DNA of 54,377 nt from an uncultured Methanosarcinales archaeon (GCA_964504135.1 CAZDCW010000005.1:1-54377), one strand, 5' to 3'. Shown: positions 36,001-44,269, counted from the stretch's first letter. Numbers and translations are program-made. The notes: a model not told the origin generated them from the sequence alone.

Positions 36001-37721
36001 CCCGCTGCGCCAAGGTCGTTGATGATTGCCAGTCCCTGCTTCCTCCTTCTGAGCCTCAGAATGGCGAAATTAAGTCAGAAGCGTTCCAGGAGCAGATTTA
36101 TATGGGCGGCGGCAACTGGTTGGAGTGCAATGACAAGAGTTCCGGGAACATAATAAACCCTGGCGGCGGTTTTGACCTTCTCTGCGTGAAAAACAGTGAC
36201 TGGCACAGGTTTGCCGAGTGCGACACCGACGGCAAGCCAGAAAGGATTAACAAGGATAGCGGAAAGACTTATCCTGCCGGAACAATTTTGGACATTAAGG
36301 GGAATGATTATGTGTGCGCAAAGTATGGCGAATTCCAGAGTTGGGCGAAGTGCGGAGGGGAAAGGCTTCCTACAACCGACGGCGTATATGTGCAGAGCGG
36401 TGGAAAGATAAAGGTCGGGGACGCAGACTATTACTGCTGCGGGGACAGGTTCTACACGCAGCCATGCGAGAAGCTGCAGACTGGGCAGGAGCTGCTTTGC
36501 CTGCATACAGAGTTCAGCAGCCCGTCTGATGAGGACAGGCAGATTCAGCTTGCCAGGGATATAGGCGCAAGCTACGTAAAGCAGACTTTCACATGGAGGC
36601 AGGCGCAGCCTTCAAAGCCAGTGCCTGGGCAGGAGCCGCAGTATTCCTGGCGGCTTTACGACAGCTGGTTTGCGAAGATACGGGCAAAGAACCTTAAAGT
36701 CATAGCCCGGATTTCAACAGCGCCTGACTGGGCTAGGACAGAAAAGGGAGTGAACACAGGCTACACTGCGGGAAGGTGCAAACCGCACTGCGGAGAGGAT
36801 GCCAGGCCTGACATGGACAGGCTTGATGATTTTGAGAAATTTGTTTACGAGTTCGTTAAGAGGTACAAGCCAGAGTATGTGCAGATCTGGAATGAGCCTA
36901 ACCTGGCTGATGAGTGGTCGGCCAAGGGCCCGAATCCTGCTGAATATGGGGAACTGCTCAGGAGAGGCTTTTTGTCTGCCAGGCTTGCCAACAGGGACAC
37001 CAAGGTAATACTCGGCGGGCTTGCGCCAACCGGAACTTACCCATTCAGCAGGAAATGCAATGAGATTAAGGAGTGGGAGGAGGACTGCAGGAAATTCACG
37101 CCCGAGCAGATGAGCTATCTGGTATCAATGAATGATTTTGACTTCATGGATGAGCTGTACAAGGCAGACCCGCTGATTGGCCAGTACTATGCCGTGCTTG
37201 GCCTTAACTCACATCCGATTCAGGAGACAGACCCTGCTGCCAAATGCGATGGAAGGGACGTTGTCCAGCCATTTACCAATAAGAAATACAACTGGATGCT
37301 TAAGCCCAAGGGCGACTGCTGGGGCTTTGGAAGGGTTGAGGAAATGAGGAACCATATGAAGGAGCAGCATAACAGCGAGAAGCCTGTTTCCCTTATGGAG
37401 ATGAGCTATTACACGAATTCATACTATTTGTTCAGAAGGGACGAGAAGGACCTGTCAGTGATGCGTGATGAGGAAATCCGGCAGGCTGCCAAGCTTAGGG
37501 ACGCGTACGGCGTGATTTTAGGCCAGTGGAAGGACTGGGCAGGGCCTGCATGCTGGTTCATAGCATCAGAGCCGACAAAATGGCAGTACAATGGGAACAT
37601 AATCAGGACCGACTATACGCTCAGGCCCACTGGATGCGCGTATAGCAGGGATGCGGCTTCAAGGCCTTATACAGAAACCCTTCGGGAGGCGTGCAGTTCC
37701 TACAAAATCACACTTACCTGA
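33033..37721 (+). CDS. Large surface protein: class III signal, ZU5-like, Cys-rich, CARDB-like and C-terminal GH-A clan glycoside hydrolase (GH5/GH39-like)
   Basis: MLKRGQ plus TM, YEIWPDGVRFEP, FTLANKG..IDPD (CARDB-like), QIWNEPN acid/base and LMEMSY nucleophile motifs. Alternative start at 33024. Confidence 0.85.
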   Translation: MLKRGQIGVVIIVGLLLLLVLGLFAIRAGRPNPEHVQLQLKEGSAQARALLEGCARQGLLDGMSKYEPKPGNEQAYAGAVEEAVQKCDATEVSLRGFSLAATTLPQASVSIFPDKLTAVVDYPAEVVTGDSKILLSSFSSEIPRTAALQVIGPSAGETLQSPDGRFQLNLQPGTRITLNGQPVAQLGVTIIEKSVNNRGNTILIGQTAYEIWPDGVRFEPAAELVVKYGNLPPGVSPSQVTIASYDEKNRRWVGKAATLDASLGVVKARVDHASPWSVTINCNALTEPQVINLGWVYREPCYSGKRSGKSCSPRWLRGSDGSLYAPPGVDIKVDQRMNFKEGAARCYKKDWGTGDERYGYDSLDAVGGKGTVSFKFVQDGDNTCLAEEQAAKLFLSCDDKCKSVRINGVEVSGTLTANEPKGMRKNEFSVIYEYVFPASALKPTGQENVLEVEAENNAEHCSGAWAMLQLSGIGLLPECGEKIFRNCRCGDAQTVNVEYDYEFMNDLIEDAQKSYIELSDEELAPLLNGKPKYCCNGEVKDACEKKKEEAKPVPQVQQPPAQQPGQPVQEQPPAQVQDCTAQDRINYLCRYGPDNDKNYNPLYPSCSGNANGKPIGFSDSAISGELGYLVRNRQSRLAELSDYITGKYAGICGAQAQAVPSVQPPVQQPPAKESDQCNGKPDGEYCVEAGKSGEMFYCNAGRLESRESLEGRSIFYEACQPGLVCFEENSRFKECKARPEEQPAAPVKEEPAPETPKEEMPAETPQPVAPEPKFTDVDLIGDIRFFSEDGALLDPSRIVAGKKTTVRFTLANKGEVAAKGFKVAIVAGDRHIQEIDELSPGAEMHISLEWMPEETQKTVAVAIDPDKSLPQRTVYFLVFVFIKVIPEPSPECQRPGFFCVNSWPARDWFRCSDSLQKTEGACAKNEQCRMLSNDLAMCRKICPDDMTFEGTYGEPVKLPGDSKNVFCDRDKFFFYNGEALSAEPGSRKGARCAKVVDDCQSLLPPSEPQNGEIKSEAFQEQIYMGGGNWLECNDKSSGNIINPGGGFDLLCVKNSDWHRFAECDTDGKPERINKDSGKTYPAGTILDIKGNDYVCAKYGEFQSWAKCGGERLPTTDGVYVQSGGKIKVGDADYYCCGDRFYTQPCEKLQTGQELLCLHTEFSSPSDEDRQIQLARDIGASYVKQTFTWRQAQPSKPVPGQEPQYSWRLYDSWFAKIRAKNLKVIARISTAPDWARTEKGVNTGYTAGRCKPHCGEDARPDMDRLDDFEKFVYEFVKRYKPEYVQIWNEPNLADEWSAKGPNPAEYGELLRRGFLSARLANRDTKVILGGLAPTGTYPFSRKCNEIKEWEEDCRKFTPEQMSYLVSMNDFDFMDELYKADPLIGQYYAVLGLNSHPIQETDPAAKCDGRDVVQPFTNKKYNWMLKPKGDCWGFGRVEEMRNHMKEQHNSEKPVSLMEMSYYTNSYYLFRRDEKDLSVMRDEEIRQAAKLRDAYGVILGQWKDWAGPACWFIASEPTKWQYNGNIIRTDYTLRPTGCAYSRDAASRPYTETLREACSSYKITLT

Positions 37722-39090
37722 TGATTCTCGAAATAATCAGCTCCCTCACCTTCCTCGCATCCGCCCTTCCTTTGGTCTTTGCCATCACCTGTCCTAAAAG
37801 GAAGTTGAGTGCCTTTTCCTCGCCTTTCAGGTAATCCTGCACAGCTTTCTCGTTGGCGGCTAGCACTTCGCTGCATATTTTCTCAAGGTCAGCAGAGCCA
37901 GTAATTATAGCCAGTCCTTCCTTTTTGACGTATTCCTCAACTTCAAACGGCTTTTCAGCAAGCTGCTCCAGCAGCCTCCTTCCGACCTCTTCGGAAATCT
38001 TCCTTGATTCGACCAGCCTGAGAAGCGCTATGATGTGCCTTGCCTCCAGTTCCAGCTCGAAAAGCTCCTTTTTGTTGTAGTGCAGTACCCGCAGCAGCTC
38101 CCGCCTGAGCCATCTTGCCGCAAGGACAGGCGCTATTTTCGCAGCCACCTTTTCAAATAGTTCCGCAAGGAGAAACTCTGAGGACAGCACGTCTGCGTCA
38201 GTCGCGTCAACTCCCAGCTTCTTTACATACCTTTCTTTTTTCTCATGCGGCCGCTCTGGAAGCGTTTTGGCTATCGATTTCCTGTAATCCTCCGAAACAT
38301 CTATGACCGGAAGGTCTGGCTCAGGTATGTACATGTAGTCCATTGCCTGCTCTTTTCTCCGCATGAAGACGGTTTCCTGGAGCTGCTCATTCCACGCCCT
38401 GGTCTCATGCCCGACAGCCTTGCCCTGCTTAACAATCCTTTCCTGCCTTGCCGCCTCGTGCTCAATGGCTGCGGCAATGCTTTTTATCGAATTCACGTTC
38501 TTGACCTCAACCCTCAGGAATGCTGGCGGGATTGATATGTTAACGTCGCATTTTATTCCCATCCCAGGGTCAACTGCTTTGATGTATGATAGCGTGGTGA
38601 CTAGCCTTTTCACCCATTCCCTTACCTGCTCGGAAGATGTAAAGTCAGGCTTGGTTACTATCTCTGCAAGCGGGTATCCTGACCTGTTGTAGTCCACGAA
38701 TCCTGTTTCAGGCTCCCACCTTGCAGGGTCTTCCTCAAGATGAACGTCGGCGATGCCTATTCCAAGGAATGAGCCTTCAACTCCGACAGGAAATGAATAG
38801 CTCCCGGAAATAGTCCTTTGGTAGCCCGCTGGAAGGTCAGGCCAGGAGTAATGCTTCCTCTGGAATAGGAGCCTGGAATTTATCCTGCAGTCAAGCATCA
38901 GCCCGATTGCTATTATCCTGTCCAGGGCTTCCTTGCTTGGAAGCATTGGCTTGCTTCCCGGCTGCGCTGTGCAGACAGGGCATATGTTTGTGTTGGGCTC
39001 GGCATCCTTTTCAATCTTGCACAGGCAGAAAAGCTTCCTTCTGGCATTAAGGTAGCCGTGCACCTCCAGGCCAACCTTTACCTCAGCCAT
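37714..39090 (-). CDS. gatB: Asp/Glu-tRNA amidotransferase subunit B
   Basis: VGLEVH, KLFC, RKHYSWPDLP, HLEED, DYNRSGYPLAEIVT, RVEVKN, PEPDL and a Yqey tail. Confidence 0.95.
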   Translation of the reverse strand: MAEVKVGLEVHGYLNARRKLFCLCKIEKDAEPNTNICPVCTAQPGSKPMLPSKEALDRIIAIGLMLDCRINSRLLFQRKHYSWPDLPAGYQRTISGSYSFPVGVEGSFLGIGIADVHLEEDPARWEPETGFVDYNRSGYPLAEIVTKPDFTSSEQVREWVKRLVTTLSYIKAVDPGMGIKCDVNISIPPAFLRVEVKNVNSIKSIAAAIEHEAARQERIVKQGKAVGHETRAWNEQLQETVFMRRKEQAMDYMYIPEPDLPVIDVSEDYRKSIAKTLPERPHEKKERYVKKLGVDATDADVLSSEFLLAELFEKVAAKIAPVLAARWLRRELLRVLHYNKKELFELELEARHIIALLRLVESRKISEEVGRRLLEQLAEKPFEVEEYVKKEGLAIITGSADLEKICSEVLAANEKAVQDYLKGEEKALNFLLGQVMAKTKGRADARKVRELIISRIIR

Positions 39091-39156
39091 GTGGGAAGGC
39101 CGTATTAAACAGTTATATATAGTTTTTTATAAGCGAGTGACCGCCTCAATTATTCA

Positions 39157-39663
39157 GTGACCGAAAAAATAGTGGTTGTTGATGAAAACGACAGGGAACT
39201 TCGCCTTGAGGATAAGGAGAAGTGCCATGAGGGGATGGGAATCCTGCACAGGGCATTCCTGCTGGTGGTTGTCAGGAGTGATGGAAAAATAGTTCTTGCC
39301 AGGAGAAGCAGGGGCAAGAGGCTGTGGCCCGGCTACTGGGATGCGACTATTGCATCGCATCCGTTTGCCGGCGAGTCTGTTGAGGAGGCTGCTGCCAGAA
39401 GGCTGGGGGAGGAGTTGGGAGTTGAGGCAAGAGAGATAACTTATCATTTCAAATTCCACTATAACATCCCCTACCTCGGCTTGGGCGCTGAGAATGAGCT
39501 CTGCTCTGTGTTGTCCTGCAGGTATGGTGGAACTCTCAGGCCAAATCCCGCAGAGGTGTCGGAAGTTAGGGCAGTAAGCATTCAGGACATCGGCGAAAGT
39601 CAGGATTACAGCCCTTGGATGAAAATAGCGTTCAGGAGAATTCTTGCTGATAAAATCATATAG
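39157..39663 (+). CDS. idi: Type 1 isopentenyl-diphosphate delta-isomerase (Nudix fold)
   Basis: VVDEND, LHRAF, K.LWPG.W....SHP, RRLGEELG, ENELC, PNPAEV and SPW. Confidence 0.9.
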   Translation: MTEKIVVVDENDRELRLEDKEKCHEGMGILHRAFLLVVVRSDGKIVLARRSRGKRLWPGYWDATIASHPFAGESVEEAAARRLGEELGVEAREITYHFKFHYNIPYLGLGAENELCSVLSCRYGGTLRPNPAEVSEVRAVSIQDIGESQDYSPWMKIAFRRILADKII

Positions 39664-39778
39664 AGAACTGCGCAGGATATGTGACTTATGTGTGCAGTTC
39701 TAATCTGGTAAATTGCGGGTCAAAGCGTGACATAAGCCACGCAGTTTACCATAATATGAAAATCCGGCCCGGAAACCA

Positions 39779-39875
39779 TCCGGAGTCCAGAGGGAACAGG
39801 CAACAGGGTTCCGGAATAATCGGAATAAATCCGGAAAAAGCCCGGAAAATCGGAAATCCTGTTGCCAACTCCGGA
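39779..39875. repeat. Inverted repeat enclosing ~10-nt-periodic CGGAA repeats
   Basis: TCCGGAGT..GGCAACAGGGTTCCG pairs with CGGAAATCCTGTTGCC.ACTCCGGA. CGGAA units start at 39812, 39821, 39832, 39843 and 39851. Confidence 0.75.
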
Positions 39876-39951
39876 GAGTTTTCGAATCTTTCACGATTTT
39901 TTTGCTTTTCGCAGGCATAAGGATATTTTTAGGCAAAATACCTGTTTCTTG

Positions 39952-41106
39952 ATGTTTGACGGAAAAAGGAGCAATACCCTGCATCTCGCAAGGCAGCATT
40001 TCCTTGAGGAGGAACTCGGCAGGAGAAGGAGCCTGGAGGTGTTGCTTGAGGTTTGCGACAAGGATGCAGCCGAGGATGCTCTGAGGGATTTGGGCATGGT
40101 GACGCGTGTCTTCGAATACATCCCGTACGTTTCAGCTGTTCTTCCCCAGCAGGACATCCGGAGGATGCTGGGCAGGCATAATGGCGAGTTCAGGAGGATA
40201 ATAAGGGACATCCAGGCATCTGCGACTGTAACCCTTCCGAGGGCGACGCGGGCCAAAACCGGTTCTCTTTGGAACCTGGAAAACATAGGGGCATATGACG
40301 CCTGGGAATATTCGACAGGCGAGGGGGTGAAGGTTGCGATAATAGACACAGGTGCAGAATACACGCATCCGGAAATTGAAGGCCGCTTTGAGTCCAATAA
40401 AGGGTATGACTTCGTGGCTGACAGCCGCGATCCGGTTGACAGGCATGGTCACGGCACCCATGTTTCAGGCATCTGCGCAGGAAAGGAGTATGGCGTAGCT
40501 CCTGGCTGCACTCTTTATGCGGTGAGGGTCCTGGACGAGAACGGCTCTGGCTCGGAAAGCAACGTCATTGCTGGAATTGAATGGGCGATAAAAAACAGCA
40601 TGGATGTGGCAAATCTTAGCCTTGGGAGCCCTGTTGCTTCCTCTGCCTTTGAGGAAATCTGCTGGTATGCTGCGGAAAAGGGGCTTATCCTTGTAGCTGC
40701 GGCCGGGAATGACGGGGGCGTTCACGCAAGTTATCCTGCCGCCTTTGGAGAGCCTGTAATCGCTGTTGCAGCTTCTGACAGGGATAATGGGCACGCCGAG
40801 TTCAGCAACATTTTCAGGACAAACGACGTGACTGGGCCAGGGGTTGCAATACCTTCGTCTTATCTGAACAGGGGCTATGCGACTTTCAGCGGCACGTCAA
40901 TGGCCGCCCCCCATGTTTCAGGAAGCATTGCCCTGGCCTTGCCGGTTATTGGCCAGGGTGATGTGTATGGTCTGGTTGAAAGCACTGCGGAAAGGATTGG
41001 TGATGGCGACAGGGATGTGTACGGCGCAGGGCTTGTGAGAGCGGATGCAATGGTAAGGGGAGGAAAGCCGGGTTGGCTTGATTTGATAAAAGGAATTGTG
41101 TGGTGA
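39952..41106 (+). CDS. Subtilisin-like serine protease (S8), no evident signal peptide
   Basis: Catalytic triad IIDTG / HGTH / GTSMAAPHV and AAAGN oxyanion motif. ATG 39952 chosen as start. Confidence 0.95.
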   Translation: MFDGKRSNTLHLARQHFLEEELGRRRSLEVLLEVCDKDAAEDALRDLGMVTRVFEYIPYVSAVLPQQDIRRMLGRHNGEFRRIIRDIQASATVTLPRATRAKTGSLWNLENIGAYDAWEYSTGEGVKVAIIDTGAEYTHPEIEGRFESNKGYDFVADSRDPVDRHGHGTHVSGICAGKEYGVAPGCTLYAVRVLDENGSGSESNVIAGIEWAIKNSMDVANLSLGSPVASSAFEEICWYAAEKGLILVAAAGNDGGVHASYPAAFGEPVIAVAASDRDNGHAEFSNIFRTNDVTGPGVAIPSSYLNRGYATFSGTSMAAPHVSGSIALALPVIGQGDVYGLVESTAERIGDGDRDVYGAGLVRADAMVRGGKPGWLDLIKGIVW

Positions 41107-41417
41107 GAAAAATGCAAGGATATTTTGTCAGATTGAATGAAGAGCAGGAAATGGATGCGATAGAGGGCATTATTGGTGATAAGGACGCAGCCGTTATCAG
41201 AAAATACGAGAGCATTAGGACTGTTTACGCCCACCTAAGCGATGAGGCTGCGGAAGAGCTGCGGAGGATGGGCTACAGGGTGGAAGTGGAAAGCACTTTC
41301 ACAATTTCAGGCCTGACAGCAGCCTGTCAAAGTCAGCCATCAGCCTCGATTCAAAGTCAGCCTGGCGCTCGCCCTCTTCCTTCTCTGCAGACAGCGCAGA
41401 GAGGAGGGACTTCGTGA
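41100..41417 (+). CDS. Stand-alone peptidase inhibitor I9 / subtilisin propeptide-like protein
   Basis: YFVRL..VIRKYESIRTVYAHLSDEAAEELRR..VEVE matches the propeptide pattern. The 3' tail overlaps mre11. Confidence 0.65.
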   Translation: MVRKMQGYFVRLNEEQEMDAIEGIIGDKDAAVIRKYESIRTVYAHLSDEAAEELRRMGYRVEVESTFTISGLTAACQSQPSASIQSQPGARPLPSLQTAQRGGTS

Positions 41418-42513
41418 ATTCGGCGTCAGTTGATGAAAGCTTTCCTGCGTGCTCGTTAATCAGGCCTGATTCAATGTCCTCTACAGAGCCTGACTGGGAC
41501 TTGACCTCCTGGAAAAACTCGCTGGAGAGCGAATGTGTGTTTTTCAGGATGCAGTAGGCCCCTGCAGAATAGAATGATTCAAATATTTCCCTGAACCTTA
41601 TCTCTGAGGTCCTGCCTCCCTTGATGGTCCCGGACAGCCTGAGGCCGACCACAGCGCCTTCAAAGTCATTTGTCGCTGCCCGCTTAAGCAGGGCAGCTTC
41701 AACTTCCCTGGGAGTCATTCCGCTGCAGTCAAGCTTGAAGGAGGCAAAATCATGCACACTTAATGGGACATGCTCAAGCTTTATCTCGTCCGCGGCCTCA
41801 ACAATGTAGAAGCCTCCGTGGCCAAGCCTTTCAAGCTCGTCAAAGCTGTTTGGAAAGCCAGGCCCTGGAAAGGCTATGAGTCCGTAATCCTTTATCCTGG
41901 CTGAGAACTGGTGGTGTATGTGGCCTGCCGCATAATAGTTAAAGCCCTTCGGAAAGAAAGCCAGGGGGATGGCTTCCATCTGCTCAAGGTGGGGCGGCTT
42001 GAATTCCTCGATTCCGCTGTGCAGCATGAAAATCTTGAAGCCTTCAGCAGCCTCAAGCTGCTCCCTGAAAAGGTCCAGGTAGTATGACCGCTCGAGTCCT
42101 CCCTTCAGGCCAGGCAATCCTGCAATCTTTGCTCCTGTTTTTGCATCTTCTGTGAATTCAACAGTAAGCTTTCCACCCTCCTCCCTTTTTTTGGCCACAT
42201 TGACAAAAAGCCCTGCTCCCTCAAGCACGTCAAGCATGGTTCTTCCTGAGTGGCTGTAGTCATGGCTGCCTGGAATCACGTATACGGGTATTCCTGAGTC
42301 CTTGACCTGCTTTAGCTTGAGCACTGCTTCCTTCAGCGAATCAACATTCGGGACAGCAGTGTCAAAAAGGTCGCCTGATATCAGTATGAAGTCAACATTC
42401 CTCTGGATGCAGAGTTCCATGGCCTGCTTAAACGCAGCAGTGCTTGCCCCTGAAAGCTTTGGATGCCTCTGCCATGAGCCTATGTGGCAGTCAGAAAGGT
42501 GGGCGAATAGCAT
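41299..42513 (-). CDS. mre11: Mre11/SbcD-like DNA repair nuclease
   Basis: HLSDCHIG, SGDLFD, PGSHD, MLH and YAAGHIH. Confidence 0.9.
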   Translation of the reverse strand: MLFAHLSDCHIGSWQRHPKLSGASTAAFKQAMELCIQRNVDFILISGDLFDTAVPNVDSLKEAVLKLKQVKDSGIPVYVIPGSHDYSHSGRTMLDVLEGAGLFVNVAKKREEGGKLTVEFTEDAKTGAKIAGLPGLKGGLERSYYLDLFREQLEAAEGFKIFMLHSGIEEFKPPHLEQMEAIPLAFFPKGFNYYAAGHIHHQFSARIKDYGLIAFPGPGFPNSFDELERLGHGGFYIVEAADEIKLEHVPLSVHDFASFKLDCSGMTPREVEAALLKRAATNDFEGAVVGLRLSGTIKGGRTSEIRFREIFESFYSAGAYCILKNTHSLSSEFFQEVKSQSGSVEDIESGLINEHAGKLSSTDAEFTKSLLSALSAEKEEGERQADFESRLMADFDRLLSGLKL

Positions 42514-42534
42514 GGGCAGCAGAGGTCGGCGTGA

Positions 42535-43125
42535 TTATAAAAAATTGCCGCTACCAGAATCCCTGGACTGAACTAACTGCTGAGCGCAGCCCGAAATGCC
42601 TGCTATTATAATCAGCAGTATTATCAAGCTCAAAACCAAAATTACTTTCTTGCTTGGCCTCTTGGATAACACTATTAAAATAAGTGGCGCAATCATTGGC
42701 CAAAACAGATAAGTGAAAATGCCGATGGTTGGCTCTACGCCCCGGATTAAACCAACTTTGTATAACCAATACGAAAGCCCGTAACCTGCATAAAAAAGGA
42801 CAATTAGAATTAGCCCGGCAATTGTTCCAATATTCAAGTCATTTGTTGTTGCCCCGACATAAATTGCTGCTGAAAGGGCCAAAAATAAGACGCACAAAAC
42901 CCAAAACTTCCAGGTTGTGAAAGGGAAGAACTCAGTTTTGCCTCGCCTCAGGAAAATTATCAATCCAATCCATAAAAATGATGTTAAAGCCAGCAGGAAT
43001 AGTTGTTGACTGTAATCCCAATCATGACGGGCAACTACTGCGAAGATGGCAACAAAAGTGAGCAATCCTGCAATTAACCCTTTTTTGGTTCCTGAGAGTG
43101 CAGGCTGACCCTTAACCATGCACAT
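42535..43125 (-). CDS. Hypothetical multi-pass membrane protein
   Basis: About six hydrophobic segments; appears more AT-rich than its neighbours. Confidence 0.75.
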   Translation of the reverse strand: MCMVKGQPALSGTKKGLIAGLLTFVAIFAVVARHDWDYSQQLFLLALTSFLWIGLIIFLRRGKTEFFPFTTWKFWVLCVLFLALSAAIYVGATTNDLNIGTIAGLILIVLFYAGYGLSYWLYKVGLIRGVEPTIGIFTYLFWPMIAPLILIVLSKRPSKKVILVLSLIILLIIIAGISGCAQQLVQSRDSGSGNFL

Positions 43126-43175
43126 TTCTAAGGATCATCAGATAAAAGACTTTCTGTTTTCGGCTTCAGTTTCCA

Positions 43176-43643
43176 TCACTTCGATGGGGAAGGCGTTGCA
43201 AGCGGTTCAGGCTTCTTTGCCGGAAACCCATCGTACAGGCCTAGGTTGGGGTTTTGGTAAAAAGTGATTCTATAGGAAGCCCCCTCCTCAAGCATGACTT
43301 CATCCAGTCTTCCCACAAAATAAATTCGCTTTTCAACCCCGTCAGGAGCGCACATTACAGTTGAAACGCTGCCTCTCCTGCTGCCAAGGATGCTTAAAGC
43401 CGCAAACCCGACATTCCTCTCAATGAGCTCATGTGTCCGCTCAACCCTGCAGTCCAGGTCCACTGTTGGAGGCGGGGTTGGTGTGGGCGTTGCCGTTGGT
43501 GTGGGAGTTACGGTTGGTGTGGGAATCGCGGTTGCAGTTGATAAAGGCCCTGGCGTGGGAGCTGGCTGGCCTTGGCCGCTGCAGGCTGCAACTGCCAAAG
43601 CCAGACATCCTGCTGCGAGTAAATTGCGAAAATAAGCAGACAT
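43176..43643 (-). CDS. Putative lipoprotein with Pro/Thr linker
   Basis: Signal ending in lipobox VAAC, then a (PT)n linker and a small domain. Confidence 0.7.
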   Translation of the reverse strand: MSAYFRNLLAAGCLALAVAACSGQGQPAPTPGPLSTATAIPTPTVTPTPTATPTPTPPPTVDLDCRVERTHELIERNVGFAALSILGSRRGSVSTVMCAPDGVEKRIYFVGRLDEVMLEEGASYRITFYQNPNLGLYDGFPAKKPEPLATPSPSK

Positions 43644-43674
43644 AGCGCTGGGAATTCTCGGCAATATAAAAAGA

Positions 43675-44115
43675 TTATCGCCTGGTTGATGCAGCTTCAG
43701 GCAGCTTATGCCTTTCCTGGACCTCCTGGCATGACTGTAGCATTGTCATTAGCAGGGCAAGCGGCCTAAGCCTCCTCTCATGGCCCCTGGTGAATGGCCT
43801 TGGACCTTGGACAGTGGCGAAGTACTCGCGAATCGCTCCTTCAAGGTCGCGTCCGCTGATGTCCTCTGCGCTTCTGACTATCCGCCTCATCCTCGCCAGC
43901 GGCATGGTTGCTGAATCAGGCCCTTCAGGAAGTTCAGCCAGCCTGCTGAAGTATTCGCCTGAGCTTTCCAGGTAATTTCTGAATAAGGCGGCGTGGCTAT
44001 GCTGCGAGCCCTTCACGCATGATTTGTACCGTTCCGTTAACTCCTTCAGAAGCCCTGCCGCAGTTGCTGCAATTTCTTCCGGTGGACTTCCATATGCCAT
44101 GAACGCAGAAAACAT
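43675..44115 (-). CDS. Hypothetical helical protein
   Basis: Fills the gap between neighbouring genes; no family recognised; start uncertain. Confidence 0.55.
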   Translation of the reverse strand: MFSAFMAYGSPPEEIAATAAGLLKELTERYKSCVKGSQHSHAALFRNYLESSGEYFSRLAELPEGPDSATMPLARMRRIVRSAEDISGRDLEGAIREYFATVQGPRPFTRGHERRLRPLALLMTMLQSCQEVQERHKLPEAASTRR

Positions 44116-44162
44116 TATGCATATTTATAGGTGAAAGTTGAACCCGCTTGACGAAAGCAACC

Positions 44163-44269
44163 TTTAAATACCACTGCATAATCCCCCCTCGGATAAGCCC
44201 GAGTGAGCCGGAGACGGCAAGCGACTGAGGGCCAGGCAGCTGGACTCTATTCTCGGGACTGTTTGTAAA
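44163..44269 (+). promoter_or_regulatory. Promoter and structured 5' leader of the rps13 operon
   Basis: TTTAAATA at 44163, stems CCCGAG/CTCGGG, GCCG-GAGA-CGGC and CCAG-GCAG-CTGG. Confidence 0.55.

Noticed and set aside
37714-39090. GatE
   Set aside because: At 458 aa it lacks the AspRS-like insertion of GatE and fits GatB.
39811-39860. CRISPR array
   Set aside because: Units are ~10 nt with no unique spacers and there are no cas genes in the window. The dispersed 23-mer is likewise not tandem.
39862-39951. Upstream TTG start for the subtilase
   Set aside because: It begins inside the inverted repeat and crosses a TATA-like box; ATG 39952 is more plausible.
43470-43560. GT-rich tandem-looking DNA repeat
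   Set aside because: Explained by the Pro/Thr linker codons of the minus-strand lipoprotein.
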